NCBI GenBank assembly: GCA_965662235.1
Contig: CBFIGY010000001.1
Coordinates: forward strand, 385,237 to 449,236
DNA: 64,000 nt
Direction: 5' to 3'
Origin: an uncultured bacterium
Lineage (GTDB): Bacteria > SAR324 > NAC60-12
Both the position numbers and the translations under genes were made by a program. Shown here piece after piece: positions 19,844 through 30,405 of this stretch. Every line of letters begins with the position of its first letter. Position 1 is the first letter of the stretch. The notes below the pieces were generated by a model. It was not told where the DNA came from and made no database searches. It was given only the letters and a program-made list of their open reading frames with translations.

Positions 19844-20985
19844 CAAGCGGATGGGGTGAGGTGGTGGCAAATGAATTCGGCGGCACGCTGATAGGCTCCA
19901 GGCTGCCCCAGCAGGTTCCGAACATTTTGAAGCGAGGCAATCATTCTTTCACGAGAGGGGGCATCCTGCAAGAGCCGAGCGGCCTGCTCAGCGACCCGCT
20001 CTGGGGTGAAGCGATCCTGCAGCAGCTCGGGAACCACCTCCTTTTTGGAAAGGACGTTCACGAGGCCGATGTGCTCCACCTGTGCCAGTGCCTGAGCAAT
20101 CCGATAGGTCAGTCCGGAAACCCGATACACCACAACATTGGGCGTGAGCGCGAGTCCGGTCTGCAGGGAGGCGGTTCCAGAAGCCACCAGCACAACATCA
20201 GATGCCTGCACTGACGCCTGAAATCCGCCCGGTCCGGTGACCAGCTTCACGGGGACTTCCGCAGAAGCGACCTGTTGCTGCAACTCGGCAGGGTTGAGGC
20301 TTTCGGCCACAGGGAGGAGGCACTGAAGGGGGCCCACCTGCTGCTGCAGCAAGGGAAGCGACGCCAAAAGAGTGTCTAGGTGCCGCCGGACCTCGCTGGG
20401 GCGGCTGCCGGGGGCAATGGTGATCAGCGGTTGATTCGGGGCAGGAGCGTGGTGCGTCCGGAAGGCCTGCACCTCGTCTTCAGGGAGCAGCTGATCCAGC
20501 AGCGGGTGGCCCACCCAGTGAACCGGCACCCCGGCTTCTTCGTAAAGCTCCACCTCAAAGGGAAAGAGCACAAGCATCTGATCGACCACCTGCTGGATCG
20601 TCCGGATGCGTCCCTTTCGCCACGCCCAGACCTGGGGGCTGTTGAAGAAGTACACCGGAATGCCCAGCTGCTTGGCCTGACGGGCCACCTTGAGGTTGAA
20701 GCCGGGGTAGTCGACCAGAAGGACGGCATCCGGACGCTCCTCACGCATCGCTTGCCCAAGCAGGTTGAGCTTCTGGTACAGCCGTGGCAGGTGCCGGATG
20801 ACTTCTGTGATGCCGTGTACCTGCAGCTCATCCATGAGGAAGTAGGGGCGCAGTCCGGCCCGCAGCATCTGCGGTCCCCCGACCCCAAAGGCGTCCAGGT
20901 GAGGCACCAGGGCGTTCAGCTGCAGCAACAATCCGGCACCGTGGGCGTCTCCAGACGCTTCTCCTGCGACCAGCATGAGCCTCAT
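19843..20985 (-). CDS. lpxB: Lipid-A-disaccharide synthase
   Basis: AGEASGD, DYPGFNL, PQVWAWR, FPFE, VGHPL, PGSR, SGTASL. Start at ATG 20985. Confidence 0.95.
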   Translation of the reverse strand: MRLMLVAGEASGDAHGAGLLLQLNALVPHLDAFGVGGPQMLRAGLRPYFLMDELQVHGITEVIRHLPRLYQKLNLLGQAMREERPDAVLLVDYPGFNLKVARQAKQLGIPVYFFNSPQVWAWRKGRIRTIQQVVDQMLVLFPFEVELYEEAGVPVHWVGHPLLDQLLPEDEVQAFRTHHAPAPNQPLITIAPGSRPSEVRRHLDTLLASLPLLQQQVGPLQCLLPVAESLNPAELQQQVASAEVPVKLVTGPGGFQASVQASDVVLVASGTASLQTGLALTPNVVVYRVSGLTYRIAQALAQVEHIGLVNVLSKKEVVPELLQDRFTPERVAEQAARLLQDAPSRERMIASLQNVRNLLGQPGAYQRAAEFICHHLTPSA

Positions 20986-21446
20986 GGTGTGCCCCCCTGA
21001 TCTTTGAAAACCAGCCCCACTTGCGGGAAACCGAGCTTCTGCAGCGCGAGCATCAGTTCCACAAGGGTCCGGTGCGGGAGCTGCTCGTCCATCTGGATGT
21101 GAACCGGCCGTTGCCGAGCCTCCGGATCCCAACGTTCGAGGGTGGTCACCAGTTCGTTCAAGCCAAGCGTCGGGCTAGCCTGAATGGCCTCTCTGGAGTC
21201 ACCTTCTGGAAGACGGTAGGCCCCTTGAGCATCGACCACGACCAGCACAGTGTTTTCAAACTCAGGCAGGCGATACGGAAGGTTTCCTTGGGGGAGGTTG
21301 ACCGGTAGGGACTGGGTGAGGAACGGGGCGGTGATGACCAGCGCCACGACCAGGATCAGCAGCACATCGACCAGAGGGGTGACGTTGATGTCGGACATCA
21401 ACTCTCCACGGAAGCGCCGGGCGTGTCTAAATTCTCTTCTCTTCAT
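20982..21446 (-). CDS. tolR: ExbD/TolR-family protein
   Basis: SDINVTPLVDVLLIL...TAP, with the conserved TM Asp. Confidence 0.85.
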   Translation of the reverse strand: MKRREFRHARRFRGELMSDINVTPLVDVLLILVVALVITAPFLTQSLPVNLPQGNLPYRLPEFENTVLVVVDAQGAYRLPEGDSREAIQASPTLGLNELVTTLERWDPEARQRPVHIQMDEQLPHRTLVELMLALQKLGFPQVGLVFKDQGGTP

Positions 21447-22119
21447 GCAGAGTCAACTGCCGCTGGAGCCTTCGGAGGAACTGCAGGGCAAAGTAATCAA
21501 GGGTTTCGGTAAGGTCACGCACAATGGAGCGCAGGAGGTTGTACCCTAAGGTGGCAGGAATGGCGGCAAACAGTCCAGCTGCGGTTGCGACGAGTGCCTC
21601 AGCGATGCTGGGACTGATGACCGCAAGGTCCACGGCATTCTGTTCGCCAATGCCCTGAAAGGTTTCCATGACTCCCAAAACGGTGCCAAACAACCCAATG
21701 AAGGGGGCAGAAACTGCGATGGACGCCAGCAAGGCCTGCCCCCGCGTTAGTTCCCGCTCGGCAAGAACGATCTGAGCCTCAAGGGTGCGCTCCAGCATTT
21801 CCACAAACTCCATGCGCAGATTGGATCCGGACGCCGGGTGCATCTTCTGAAAGCGCTGAAACTCCTTCTGACCCTGCTCAAACATGCGCTTCAAGGGGGA
21901 ATCCGGGAGCTTCCGGACACGAGGAATCAGCTCCTCAAACTGAGTGGCGGACTCAAAGACCTTGAGGAAGTGCCGGTAACGGATCCGGCGGCGGAACAGG
22001 TTGAAGAGGCTGGCAAAGAGGATCGACCAGACCAGCAAAGACGCAACGCCCAGCACAGCCAGGACGCCCAAGGCAATGGGAGAGGAAGTCGAAGGGAGTG
22101 TGAACAGCAGTGAGCCCAT
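21427..22119 (-). CDS. tolQ: TolQ/ExbB proton-channel protein
   Basis: APFIGLFGTVLG, IAEALVATAAGLFAAIPA..YN. Confidence 0.88.
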   Translation of the reverse strand: MGSLLFTLPSTSSPIALGVLAVLGVASLLVWSILFASLFNLFRRRIRYRHFLKVFESATQFEELIPRVRKLPDSPLKRMFEQGQKEFQRFQKMHPASGSNLRMEFVEMLERTLEAQIVLAERELTRGQALLASIAVSAPFIGLFGTVLGVMETFQGIGEQNAVDLAVISPSIAEALVATAAGLFAAIPATLGYNLLRSIVRDLTETLDYFALQFLRRLQRQLTLHEEKRI

Positions 22120-22144
22120 CCGGCGGCATCAGGTCGCGGGGGCG

Positions 22145-23128
22145 TTAATCGCGAAGCAGGAAGGTAAAGGCGACCCGTCGGTTCTTGGCCCAAGCCTGCT
22201 CATTGGACTCCGGCACCGCCGGGAACTCTTCACCAAAGCTGATGGTCCGGATCAGGGTGGTGTCTGCAGAGTAAACCCGAATGGCCTCATAGACGGCGTT
22301 GGCGCGTCGGTGTCCCAGAGCTAGGTTGTACTCGTCGCTTCCGCGCTCGTCAGCGTGTCCCTCAATCTGCAGGATCATGTCTCCTCGGAGCTGCAAGGCG
22401 TCCAGAACCCCGGGGATGCGTTCCTGTAGAAGCTCCTGGTAGTCAGCCTCAATGCGGCTTTGGTCGAAGGCAAAGTAGACGTTGGGAAGGAGCTGTTCCA
22501 CCAGCGGGTTCCGGACGGGCGGGAGCCCACGGTCACGCATGTCGATGAGGCTGAGGTAGATCTGCTGAAGGACGTCTTCCTGAGTATTTTCAGAGGCCAC
22601 CGGCATGAGGTCCGGTTCCGCCATGCTGTAGTCCTGATCAAAGCTCTGGGGCTCGCTGGGAGCCACCATGGCCGATTCCAAAGCTTGGAGGTACTCGTCG
22701 GTTGTCATCGGGGGTGGCGGAGGCTCTGGCTCAGCGTAGAGGTAAGGGTCGTTGTCGGTCAGATTCGGATCATAAGACGAGTCCGCCTCCGGAACCGTCT
22801 CGGGGTCGTAGAGCTGCAGCAAGCGCCCGTCGTTGGGGTCTGGCTGAGAGATGGGGGTCATCTCACTCTGAGCGGCAGCCAGCTCGCGTTCCTTGGCCTC
22901 AATGGAGCGGGCGTATTCTTCGTCGGCGTTCGCTTCAGCATCCAAGCTGGCGGGCACGGACTCCGAAGGGGCAGCGGGCACCGAGATTTCATCAGAGGTG
23001 TCCTGAGGGACCACCTCTGCCAAGGAGCTTTCCGGAGCCGCAGGCTCAGAGTCTGAGAACAGTCCACAACCGCTCACCGCGAGGGAAAGCGAAGCAGCAA
23101 GGAGTAAGAATCCGATCAGGTATTTCAT
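22145..23128 (-). CDS. pal: Peptidoglycan-associated lipoprotein (Pal/OmpA_C) with long acidic N-terminal extension
   Basis: Lipobox VSGC; C-terminal VYFAFD, IEGHADERGSDEYNLALGHRRA, SFGEE.P, WAKNRR. Confidence 0.85.
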   Translation of the reverse strand: MKYLIGFLLLAASLSLAVSGCGLFSDSEPAAPESSLAEVVPQDTSDEISVPAAPSESVPASLDAEANADEEYARSIEAKERELAAAQSEMTPISQPDPNDGRLLQLYDPETVPEADSSYDPNLTDNDPYLYAEPEPPPPPMTTDEYLQALESAMVAPSEPQSFDQDYSMAEPDLMPVASENTQEDVLQQIYLSLIDMRDRGLPPVRNPLVEQLLPNVYFAFDQSRIEADYQELLQERIPGVLDALQLRGDMILQIEGHADERGSDEYNLALGHRRANAVYEAIRVYSADTTLIRTISFGEEFPAVPESNEQAWAKNRRVAFTFLLRD

Positions 23129-23450
23129 GGCGGTTTGGTATCAACAGCGCGGCAGTACTTTGGGCAAACAACCCTCGGAGGCGGAATGTGCAAATTCAGT
23201 TCCCTTTCAGAAAGCTGAGACAGAAACCTCCTGAAAGCGCGTGTGGCCGGAATCGTGTACAAGGGTCGACCAAGGCATGTTTTGCAGGTTTTTGCAAACA
23301 ACCGCAAGCGCCGACTGTAGAGGGCGGAAAAAATTACTGACTCACCGGCCTCAATTGGAGGGGACGTGAAGTTGAAGTTGCGTGGTTGAGAGGTCCTTGT
23401 TTACACTGCTGGGGAGAAAACGATACTCCCAACCTCGATAGAAAGAAACC

Positions 23451-26400
23451 ATGTCTTTTCGATCCTTGCTGAGTCTACGCCCGTGGCTGGTCCTGCTGCT
23501 CCTGTTGAGTCTGGGGGGCTCCCTCCTCTGGGCCCGTAACGACCTTGACAACTCTGACACGCGGTGGCCTGAGCGGCAGTACCGGCGGTTCCTGTTGCCC
23601 AACGGCATGAAGGTCATCCTCATCTCCGACCCAACGATGCAGCGGAGTGCGGCTTCCCTAGCGGTGGGAGTGGGATCGCTGATGGACCCGCGTGACCGTC
23701 AGGGGCTGGCCCACTTCCTAGAACACATGCTCTTCTTGGGCACTGAAAAGTACCCCACTCCAGGGAGCTACCAGGAGTTCGTCTCCACAAACGATGGCTT
23801 CACCAACGCCTTCACGTCTGAGGAGATGACCAACTACCACTTTGAGATTGCTCCTGATGCCTTTGAAGAAGGCCTGGACCGCTTCTCTCAGTTCTTCACG
23901 GCCCCGCTCTTCAATCAGGAGCTTGTGGACCGAGAGATCCGGGCGGTGGACTCTGAGCACTCGAAGAACATCCCGAACGACTTCCGGCGGGTCTTCCAGG
24001 TTGAGCGAGAAGCCTATGAACCCGGACACCCGGCCCGGCACTTTTCCACCGGAAACCTAGACACGCTTGGGGGCGTCTCGCGTGAGGAACTCCTCCGGTT
24101 TTACCGGACCCAGTACTCTGCCAACCGCATGACCCTAGCGGTTGCCAGTCGGCACAGCCTAGACACCCTTCAGCGCTGGGTGGTCCCGCGTTTTGTCTTG
24201 GTGGCCAACCGCAACCTTCCGGAGTGGAACGTCCCCGGCGAGTTCATGGCACCCGACCCGAACTTCCGGCTGATGCAGGTGAAGACGGTGAAGGACGCCC
24301 GCTCGCTGACCCTGAAGTTTGCGCTGCCGCCAACGATAAACTATTACGCCAGCAGGCCCCTAGGCCTGATTGGCTCCATGCTGGGGCATGAGGGCGAAAA
24401 CAGCCTGCTCTCATTGCTCAAGCGAGAGAACCTGGCCACCGGGCTCTCAGCAGGTGGCGGAGGCAGCAACCGCTCCTACTCCTCGTTTAACCTCAACATT
24501 CAGCTGACGGAGCGAGGGCAACAGAATTACCGTCAGGTCATCACCTACGTATTTCAAGCCATTGAGCTGCTGCGGCGCAAGGGGTTGCCACGTCATGTGT
24601 TTGAGGAGAACCAGCGCATGGCGGAGATTGAACTGACCTTCATGAACCGGAGCGAAGGCACCTCGTTGACCAACATGTTTGCTTCCATGATGCAGTTCTA
24701 CCCGCTCAAGGAGGTGGAGCGGGCGCCCTTCCTGCTGACGGAGTACAACCCCAAGCTCTTCGACAGCATGCTCTTTCGGCTGACGCCGGACAACATGCTG
24801 GCAATTTTGGCCGCCCGGGACGTGGAGACTGACACCAAGGAACCTTATTACGGTACCGAGTATTCCTTCACTAAGTCTCACCCAGAGTGGGTTAAGGAGT
24901 GGGCACGTCCTGGACTGAATGCGGCCATCCAGCTTCCTGAGCCCAACCCCTTTCTTCCAGAGAACCTGGCCCTGCAGCCCTTCCGGGGAGGATTTCAGCT
25001 GACGCACTCTTCCTTGGTTGGCTTGGAAGCAGAGGGGCTTCCGGAACCGTTGATGGCCCGGCTACGGCAGGTGGAGGGACGCGAGTGGGGATCGTGGGAC
25101 TCGCTCATGGCGACCCTGGAGCTGGAAACCCTAGAAGTCGACCGTCGTGGGCTGCAGGAGCTGCTGAAGAAGCATGCGCTTCCCACGCCGGTGAAGATCT
25201 TGGACGCCGAGCGGGGCCAGGTGTGGTTCCAGCAGGATTACCGCTTTGACTCGCCTAAGGCTCAGCTGCACTTCCGGATTGAAACCCCTGAGGTGTATGC
25301 CTCGCCACGCAATGCCGTGCTGTCTCAGCTGTATGCGGACGCGTTTGAAGAGGGGCTCAACGAGTTCACCTACCCGGCGCTGACGGCTGGACTGAGCTAC
25401 AACGTCTGGTCAGACAAGAAGGGCATCCGCCTCAGCTTCAGCGGATACTCCGACCGGATCCTGACGTTTGTGCAGGCCATCTCCACCAAGCTCAAGACCC
25501 TAGAGGTGGATGAGAAGACCTTTGCTGAGCTGAAGGAGCGCAAGCGCCGGAGCTACACCAACTTCCACCTTCAGCAGCCGTATCAGCAGGCCTTCTACTA
25601 CCGGAGCCTGTTGCTGGAGAACCGCAAGTTCGCCCTCTGGGATTATGAAAAGGAGCTGGCTTCCATCACCCTGAAAGAGCTCCGGGAGTACGCGCAGAAA
25701 CGCCTCTACGCCCGCACCTTCCTTCAGGGGGTCGCGTATGGCAACCTAGAAGGCTCCGAAGTCCGGACAGCGGTCAATGAACTGCTGCAGACGCTGGGCG
25801 GGGAACCGCTTCCGGAAGCCGACCGCTACGTGGAGAGCATCCGGCAGATTCCTTCTGGAACCGCCTACACCCTTTCCCAACCCGTTGAGGTCAACAACTC
25901 GGCGCTGGTGATGGAGCTGCAGGTTGCACAGCGGACGCCTCAGAATCAGGTGGCCCTGCAGGTGCTCAGCACCGCGCTTCAGCCCCAGGCTTACAACGAG
26001 CTGCGGACCAACCAGCAGCTGGGGTACATCGTCAATGCCAGCATGACTGAGGCGGAGGACACGCTGGGGCTGGTGTTTCTGGTCCAGTCTGGAACCTATG
26101 GACCCGCTGAGCTGGAAGCCCGGGTCCGGGCCTTCTTTCCGCAGTTCCTGAAGCAGGTGCAGCAGATGCCCGAGGCGCAGTTCCAGGCCCTGAAGGGCGC
26201 CGTCCGAAACGGCATGCTGGACAAGCCAGACTCCGTTTCAGCGGTTGCCGGCATGCTGTTTGGGCGGGCCTTTGAACGGCAGGCCGAATTTGACCCCACG
26301 AGCCCAGACCTCCGGGCGTTGGAGGCGTTGCAGCTGCAAGACCTGCAGGACCTCGTGGCTCAGCTGGGGGAGTCGCAGCAGCGTCGCCTGAGCCTCCGGA

Positions 26401-26504
26401 TGATTGGTCAGGGACACCAAGATGGGCCGGTTGATGGAGTCCAGCTTTCTGACGTGGCAGCGTTCCGGAAGGCCCTAACGTGTCCGGATGCCTGCCTCCC
26501 CTGA
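23451..26504 (+). CDS. Insulinase-family (M16A) zinc protease, pitrilysin-like, exported
   Basis: Signal peptide, GLAHFLEHMLFLGTEKYP (HxxEH), NAFT, ELRTNQQLGYIV. Confidence 0.93.
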   Translation: MSFRSLLSLRPWLVLLLLLSLGGSLLWARNDLDNSDTRWPERQYRRFLLPNGMKVILISDPTMQRSAASLAVGVGSLMDPRDRQGLAHFLEHMLFLGTEKYPTPGSYQEFVSTNDGFTNAFTSEEMTNYHFEIAPDAFEEGLDRFSQFFTAPLFNQELVDREIRAVDSEHSKNIPNDFRRVFQVEREAYEPGHPARHFSTGNLDTLGGVSREELLRFYRTQYSANRMTLAVASRHSLDTLQRWVVPRFVLVANRNLPEWNVPGEFMAPDPNFRLMQVKTVKDARSLTLKFALPPTINYYASRPLGLIGSMLGHEGENSLLSLLKRENLATGLSAGGGGSNRSYSSFNLNIQLTERGQQNYRQVITYVFQAIELLRRKGLPRHVFEENQRMAEIELTFMNRSEGTSLTNMFASMMQFYPLKEVERAPFLLTEYNPKLFDSMLFRLTPDNMLAILAARDVETDTKEPYYGTEYSFTKSHPEWVKEWARPGLNAAIQLPEPNPFLPENLALQPFRGGFQLTHSSLVGLEAEGLPEPLMARLRQVEGREWGSWDSLMATLELETLEVDRRGLQELLKKHALPTPVKILDAERGQVWFQQDYRFDSPKAQLHFRIETPEVYASPRNAVLSQLYADAFEEGLNEFTYPALTAGLSYNVWSDKKGIRLSFSGYSDRILTFVQAISTKLKTLEVDEKTFAELKERKRRSYTNFHLQQPYQQAFYYRSLLLENRKFALWDYEKELASITLKELREYAQKRLYARTFLQGVAYGNLEGSEVRTAVNELLQTLGGEPLPEADRYVESIRQIPSGTAYTLSQPVEVNNSALVMELQVAQRTPQNQVALQVLSTALQPQAYNELRTNQQLGYIVNASMTEAEDTLGLVFLVQSGTYGPAELEARVRAFFPQFLKQVQQMPEAQFQALKGAVRNGMLDKPDSVSAVAGMLFGRAFERQAEFDPTSPDLRALEALQLQDLQDLVAQLGESQQRRLSLRMIGQGHQDGPVDGVQLSDVAAFRKALTCPDACLP

Positions 26505-26620
26505 GGGACAACGGCGTGAAATAAAATTGACATTTCCAAGCAATTGGAGGAGGACAAGCACGTTTTCTCCTCCCTGCAGCAATCAGGGGGGTGTTCTTGG
26601 GAACTCAACTTGGAGGTGTC

Positions 26621-27103
26621 ATGGAAGCAATGAACTTGGGGCGTCCCCGCGCTTCAGAGGCGTCCGGAACGTCGGGAACGGTTGCAGCGCTGCTGGACCG
26701 CAAGGGCGCTTACGTCGTGTCGGTGGATCCGGATTGCACCGTCTCAGAAGCCGTGAAGGTCATGTGCCGGACCAAAGTCGGGGCCGTGATTGTGTTTGAG
26801 CATCAGGTGCCAGTGGGACTCTTCACTGAGCGAGATGTGATGCACCGCGTCGTCGCAGTGGATGCGGACCCAAAATCCATGCGGGTGAAGGAGGTGATGA
26901 CGTCTCCGTTTGCCTCAGGAACTCCGGATCTGGAGATTCACGAGGCCGCAGAGATGATGAGCCAGAACCGCATCCGGCACTTGCCTGTGATGCAAGGGGG
27001 GCAGTTGATGGGAGTGATTTCGTCAGGTGATATTCTGGCGTGGAAGCTTCACAGCAATGAGTCCATGATGCGTCACATGGAAGACTACTTCTTCCGACAC
27101 TAA
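26621..27103 (+). CDS. CBS-domain pair protein
   Basis: VGLFTERD, IRHLPV, GVISSGD; SD GGAGG before ATG 26621. Confidence 0.9.
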   Translation: MEAMNLGRPRASEASGTSGTVAALLDRKGAYVVSVDPDCTVSEAVKVMCRTKVGAVIVFEHQVPVGLFTERDVMHRVVAVDADPKSMRVKEVMTSPFASGTPDLEIHEAAEMMSQNRIRHLPVMQGGQLMGVISSGDILAWKLHSNESMMRHMEDYFFRH

Positions 27104-27234
27104 ACCTACCGGGGTGCGGCGCTGTCCGCACCTCATGGCTCCTGCAGCCCCTTCCTTAAAAGCACTTCCGCAACAGTTGACCGGATCACCAACTTGGGCC
27201 TCCTTCAGCTAATGCCGTGGCACGTTCGGCAGCG

Positions 27235-28392
27235 CTAAGCGGTTCGACGCTGGAGGACCTGATCCAACGCCTCATTGAATTGATCGGGAGGCCAGGATTC
27301 CTGAAGCGCCCGGACGATCAAAGCCTGTTGGGTTTCCGGGGCGGATCCCTGGAGGGGCGGGTCGGAATCGAGGTTGGTGGGGAAGGAGTAGCCATCGGCG
27401 ACAGAACCTCCAAGCCACCGGAGGGCCCCGGTCGGAAATTGCTGGCGGGTGTGCTTCTCCAGCAACAGCGGGTAGTTCCGCTTGATCAGCTTCTCCCAGT
27501 TGATTGTCTCCATGGTTTTGCCAAAGGCAACCGACACCTGGAGAAGGTTGGCAATGCGGTCCTGCGACTCGTGGTTTGTGCCTGCGGCATGGAAGAGGGC
27601 GGGACTGAAGAAAACCGCGTCTCCCTTCTTGAGCGGAAGCTGGACGGCGTGCTCCTCAAAGAATGCTGCAAAGTCCGGATGCCGCCAGGCGAGGTAGCCG
27701 AGCGGGTACTGCTGCGAGAAGGGAAGGAGCATCGTGGGGCCCGACTCCACGCTCATGTCCGTGTGGGCCACGGCACCCTGCAGGGTCAGGAACTGAGAAG
27801 CCACCTGGACGGAAACCGGGAACTGCTCCACAGTGGCCTGGTCCTGAAACCCAAGGTGGTAGTCGCGGTGTGGCTTCTGTGCCTGCCCGCCTGGTTTGAC
27901 GATGTTGACCTGAGAGGTCATCTGAAAGAACGGGCCCAGCCACGCCTCTGAAACCAGTCCAATGGCGGAGTTCGTGTAGTAATCAATGAAGCCTTCCGGG
28001 TCCACTTCTCCAAACTTCTGGAGGGCGTTCCAGATCCGCTCATTGTCCCCAGGTTTGGCAAAGTGATCTCCCCGATGCTGGGCATGCTGCTTTTCTTCAG
28101 CAATGATGCGCTGAAAGACTTCTGTGGCGCGGTCAATGACGTCATGATCCGTGAGCGCCTCTTGAATGACGAGGACGCCCGGGCCGTCCTTGAGGGCCCG
28201 ATGCAGTTCGGCCTTGAGGGCGAGTTCCTGGGCGGGCTCTGTCGCGTTCCGGAAGGTCTCCCCCGCGTAAATCAGCACCTTGCGCTGAACGTCCCGAGCG
28301 AGCGGGTAGGCGTTCAGGTCAACGTCTTGGGCACAGAGGGCAGTGAAGTCCTCAAGGCGGATGTCGGTGGCGCAGGCAAATTCCTGAGACAT
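27235..28392 (-). CDS. Phytanoyl-CoA dioxygenase (PhyH)-family Fe(II)/2OG oxygenase
   Basis: QVNIVKPGGQAQKPHRDYH (HxD), KGDAVFF..ALFHAAG.N (distal His), RIANL. Start at ATG 28392. Confidence 0.88.
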   Translation of the reverse strand: MSQEFACATDIRLEDFTALCAQDVDLNAYPLARDVQRKVLIYAGETFRNATEPAQELALKAELHRALKDGPGVLVIQEALTDHDVIDRATEVFQRIIAEEKQHAQHRGDHFAKPGDNERIWNALQKFGEVDPEGFIDYYTNSAIGLVSEAWLGPFFQMTSQVNIVKPGGQAQKPHRDYHLGFQDQATVEQFPVSVQVASQFLTLQGAVAHTDMSVESGPTMLLPFSQQYPLGYLAWRHPDFAAFFEEHAVQLPLKKGDAVFFSPALFHAAGTNHESQDRIANLLQVSVAFGKTMETINWEKLIKRNYPLLLEKHTRQQFPTGALRWLGGSVADGYSFPTNLDSDPPLQGSAPETQQALIVRALQESWPPDQFNEALDQVLQRRTA

Positions 28393-28402
28393 GGGAGGCT
28401 CC

Positions 28403-29200
28403 TCATGGAGTGGGTGCATCAGCTCGGGCGAATTCCTTCAGCTCAAATTCAAGTTCCTGAAGCTCCTTGCCGCCGGCCATCATCTGCAGCACGTCTTCTC
28501 GGCTGACTTCGCTCTTGCGGAAGGTGCCCATGCTCTGGCCCCGGTTGAGCAGGGTGAATTTGTCGGCAATGGGGTAGGCATGGTGGACGTTGTGGGTAAT
28601 GAGGATCACCGCCAGCCCCTGGGCACTAGCCCGGGCGACAAACCGCAGCACAATGGATGACTGCTTGACCCCCAAGGCGGCTGTGGGCTCATCGAGAATC
28701 AGCACCTTGGCCCCAAAGTGAATGGCCCGTGCAATGGCCAGGCACTGGCGCTCGCCTCCGGACATGGTGCCTACTGCCTGGTTGGGGTCCCGGACCTTGA
28801 TGCCGATCTCGTCCATCTTCTGCTTGGCAACGCGGTCGGCAGTTTCGTGGTCAAAGCGCTTGAACGGCCCCCAGCCAATTTCAGGCTCCCGTCCCATGAA
28901 GAAGTTCCGTGTGACGCTCATCAGCGGCACCAGGGCGAGGTCCTGATAGACGGTGGCAATGCCCCGGTCCAGGGCGTCTCGGGGTGAGCTGAAGTACATG
29001 GGAGTGCCGTCGAGCAGCAGCTCGCCTTCATCCGGACGGTGGACTCCTGCCAGGGTCTTGATCAGCGTGGACTTCCCGGCGCCGTTGTCGCCCAGCAGGC
29101 AGAGGATTTCCCCTGCGTTGACTGAGGTCGAGATGCCCTTGAGGGCGATCACCGAGCCGAAGTACTTGCTGACGTTCCGTAGTTCAATGGTCTCACTCAT
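28403..29200 (-). CDS. Sugar (inositol-type, CUT2) ABC transporter ATP-binding protein
   Basis: [32 protein letters not shown]. Confidence 0.95.
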   Translation of the reverse strand: MSETIELRNVSKYFGSVIALKGISTSVNAGEILCLLGDNGAGKSTLIKTLAGVHRPDEGELLLDGTPMYFSSPRDALDRGIATVYQDLALVPLMSVTRNFFMGREPEIGWGPFKRFDHETADRVAKQKMDEIGIKVRDPNQAVGTMSGGERQCLAIARAIHFGAKVLILDEPTAALGVKQSSIVLRFVARASAQGLAVILITHNVHHAYPIADKFTLLNRGQSMGTFRKSEVSREDVLQMMAGGKELQELEFELKEFARADAPTP

Positions 29201-30339
29201 CAGCGGGCCTCCGTCACTTTTTTGCGGATGAAGTTGTTGAAGATGACAGCAATCAGCAGCATCCCTCCGAGGAAGACCCGGAACCAGGAGGAGTCGATGC
29301 CCATGAAGAAGATGCCCATCTGCACCACTCCAAAGATCACGGCTCCAAAGCAGGCTCCAACAACGGAACCGTAGCCTCCGGTTAACAGTGCCCCACCGAT
29401 GACGGCTGCGATGATGGCCTCAAATTCCTTGAGCAGCCCCCGGTCTGCAGCGGCGGAGCCAAACTCAATGACCTGGCAGGTGGCATAGACGGTCGCACAG
29501 AAGGCCGTGAACATGAACAGCAGAATCTTCACCCGATCTGCCGGCACCCCGACATTCCGGGCAGCAAGGGCATCGCCGCCAGAAGCAAAGATCCAGTTGC
29601 CAAAGCGGGTCTTCTGCAGCACCCACTGACAGACAATCACCAACCCAATGAACCAAAGGATCACTGCCGGAATGCCCTGAACCAGTGGTGTTCCGTCAGC
29701 AAAGGTCTCGATCCAGCCGTTTTCCCCCAGCCACTGAAAAAAGCCCTGAAAGGCCTTGCCTCCGAACAGCGGAGCCAACCAGTCGCCCTGCTCCTCTGCC
29801 ACGTCCCGGACGCCGCCGATGATGGTGCGGTTGGTGAAGTACTGAGAGAGACCGATGGTGAGGCCCCGGAGGATGAAGAGGAAGGCGAGCGAGACAATGA
29901 ACGAGGGCAGTCCCGTTTTGATGACGATGTAGCCGTTGAGGAAGCCAATGGCCATGGCCCCCACAAAAGCAAAGAGGATGGCCAACCACACAGGCCATCC
30001 CCAAAAGACTGAGGGAATGGCAACCATCATGCCGGCAAAACCGATCATTGAGCCAATGGAGAGGTCAAACTCTCCTGCAATCATCAGGAGGCAGGCCCCA
30101 ATGGCGATCAGCCCGAGCTGGGCCGAGACGGTGCTCCAGTTGAGGATGCCGTCTGGGGCAAACATGCCGGTATCTCCGGCAGTGATGCCAAAGAAGACAA
30201 ACACGAGCAGTGCCCCAGAGATGGCTCCAAGTTCTGGTTTGTTCAGTTGCTTGCTGAGAAAAGACACCTCACGGAGCCGCTCATCGCTTCCGGAGGGAGC
30301 GGCTGCCGCCGAAGCTGAGTTGGTCGGGTCGGACGGCAT
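29200..30339 (-). CDS. Sugar (inositol-type, CUT2) ABC transporter permease
   Basis: [43 protein letters not shown]. Confidence 0.93.
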   Translation of the reverse strand: MPSDPTNSASAAAAPSGSDERLREVSFLSKQLNKPELGAISGALLVFVFFGITAGDTGMFAPDGILNWSTVSAQLGLIAIGACLLMIAGEFDLSIGSMIGFAGMMVAIPSVFWGWPVWLAILFAFVGAMAIGFLNGYIVIKTGLPSFIVSLAFLFILRGLTIGLSQYFTNRTIIGGVRDVAEEQGDWLAPLFGGKAFQGFFQWLGENGWIETFADGTPLVQGIPAVILWFIGLVIVCQWVLQKTRFGNWIFASGGDALAARNVGVPADRVKILLFMFTAFCATVYATCQVIEFGSAAADRGLLKEFEAIIAAVIGGALLTGGYGSVVGACFGAVIFGVVQMGIFFMGIDSSWFRVFLGGMLLIAVIFNNFIRKKVTEAR

Positions 30340-30373
30340 GAATCGCAGTGGAGTTGGAGGTCGAGGAGGAGGT

Positions 30374-30393
30374 GGGACCCCTAGTGGGGTCCC
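30374..30393. repeat. Hairpin between the binding-protein and permease genes
   Basis: GGGACCCC-TAGT-GGGGTCCC perfect 8-bp stem. Confidence 0.5.
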
Positions 30394-30405
30394 TGAAGGA
30401 ACCGG

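Noticed and set aside
26520..26550. sigma70 or FNR site before the CBS gene (TTGACA at 26527)
   Set aside because: No -10 box at 16-18 bp and the FNR half-site spacing does not fit.
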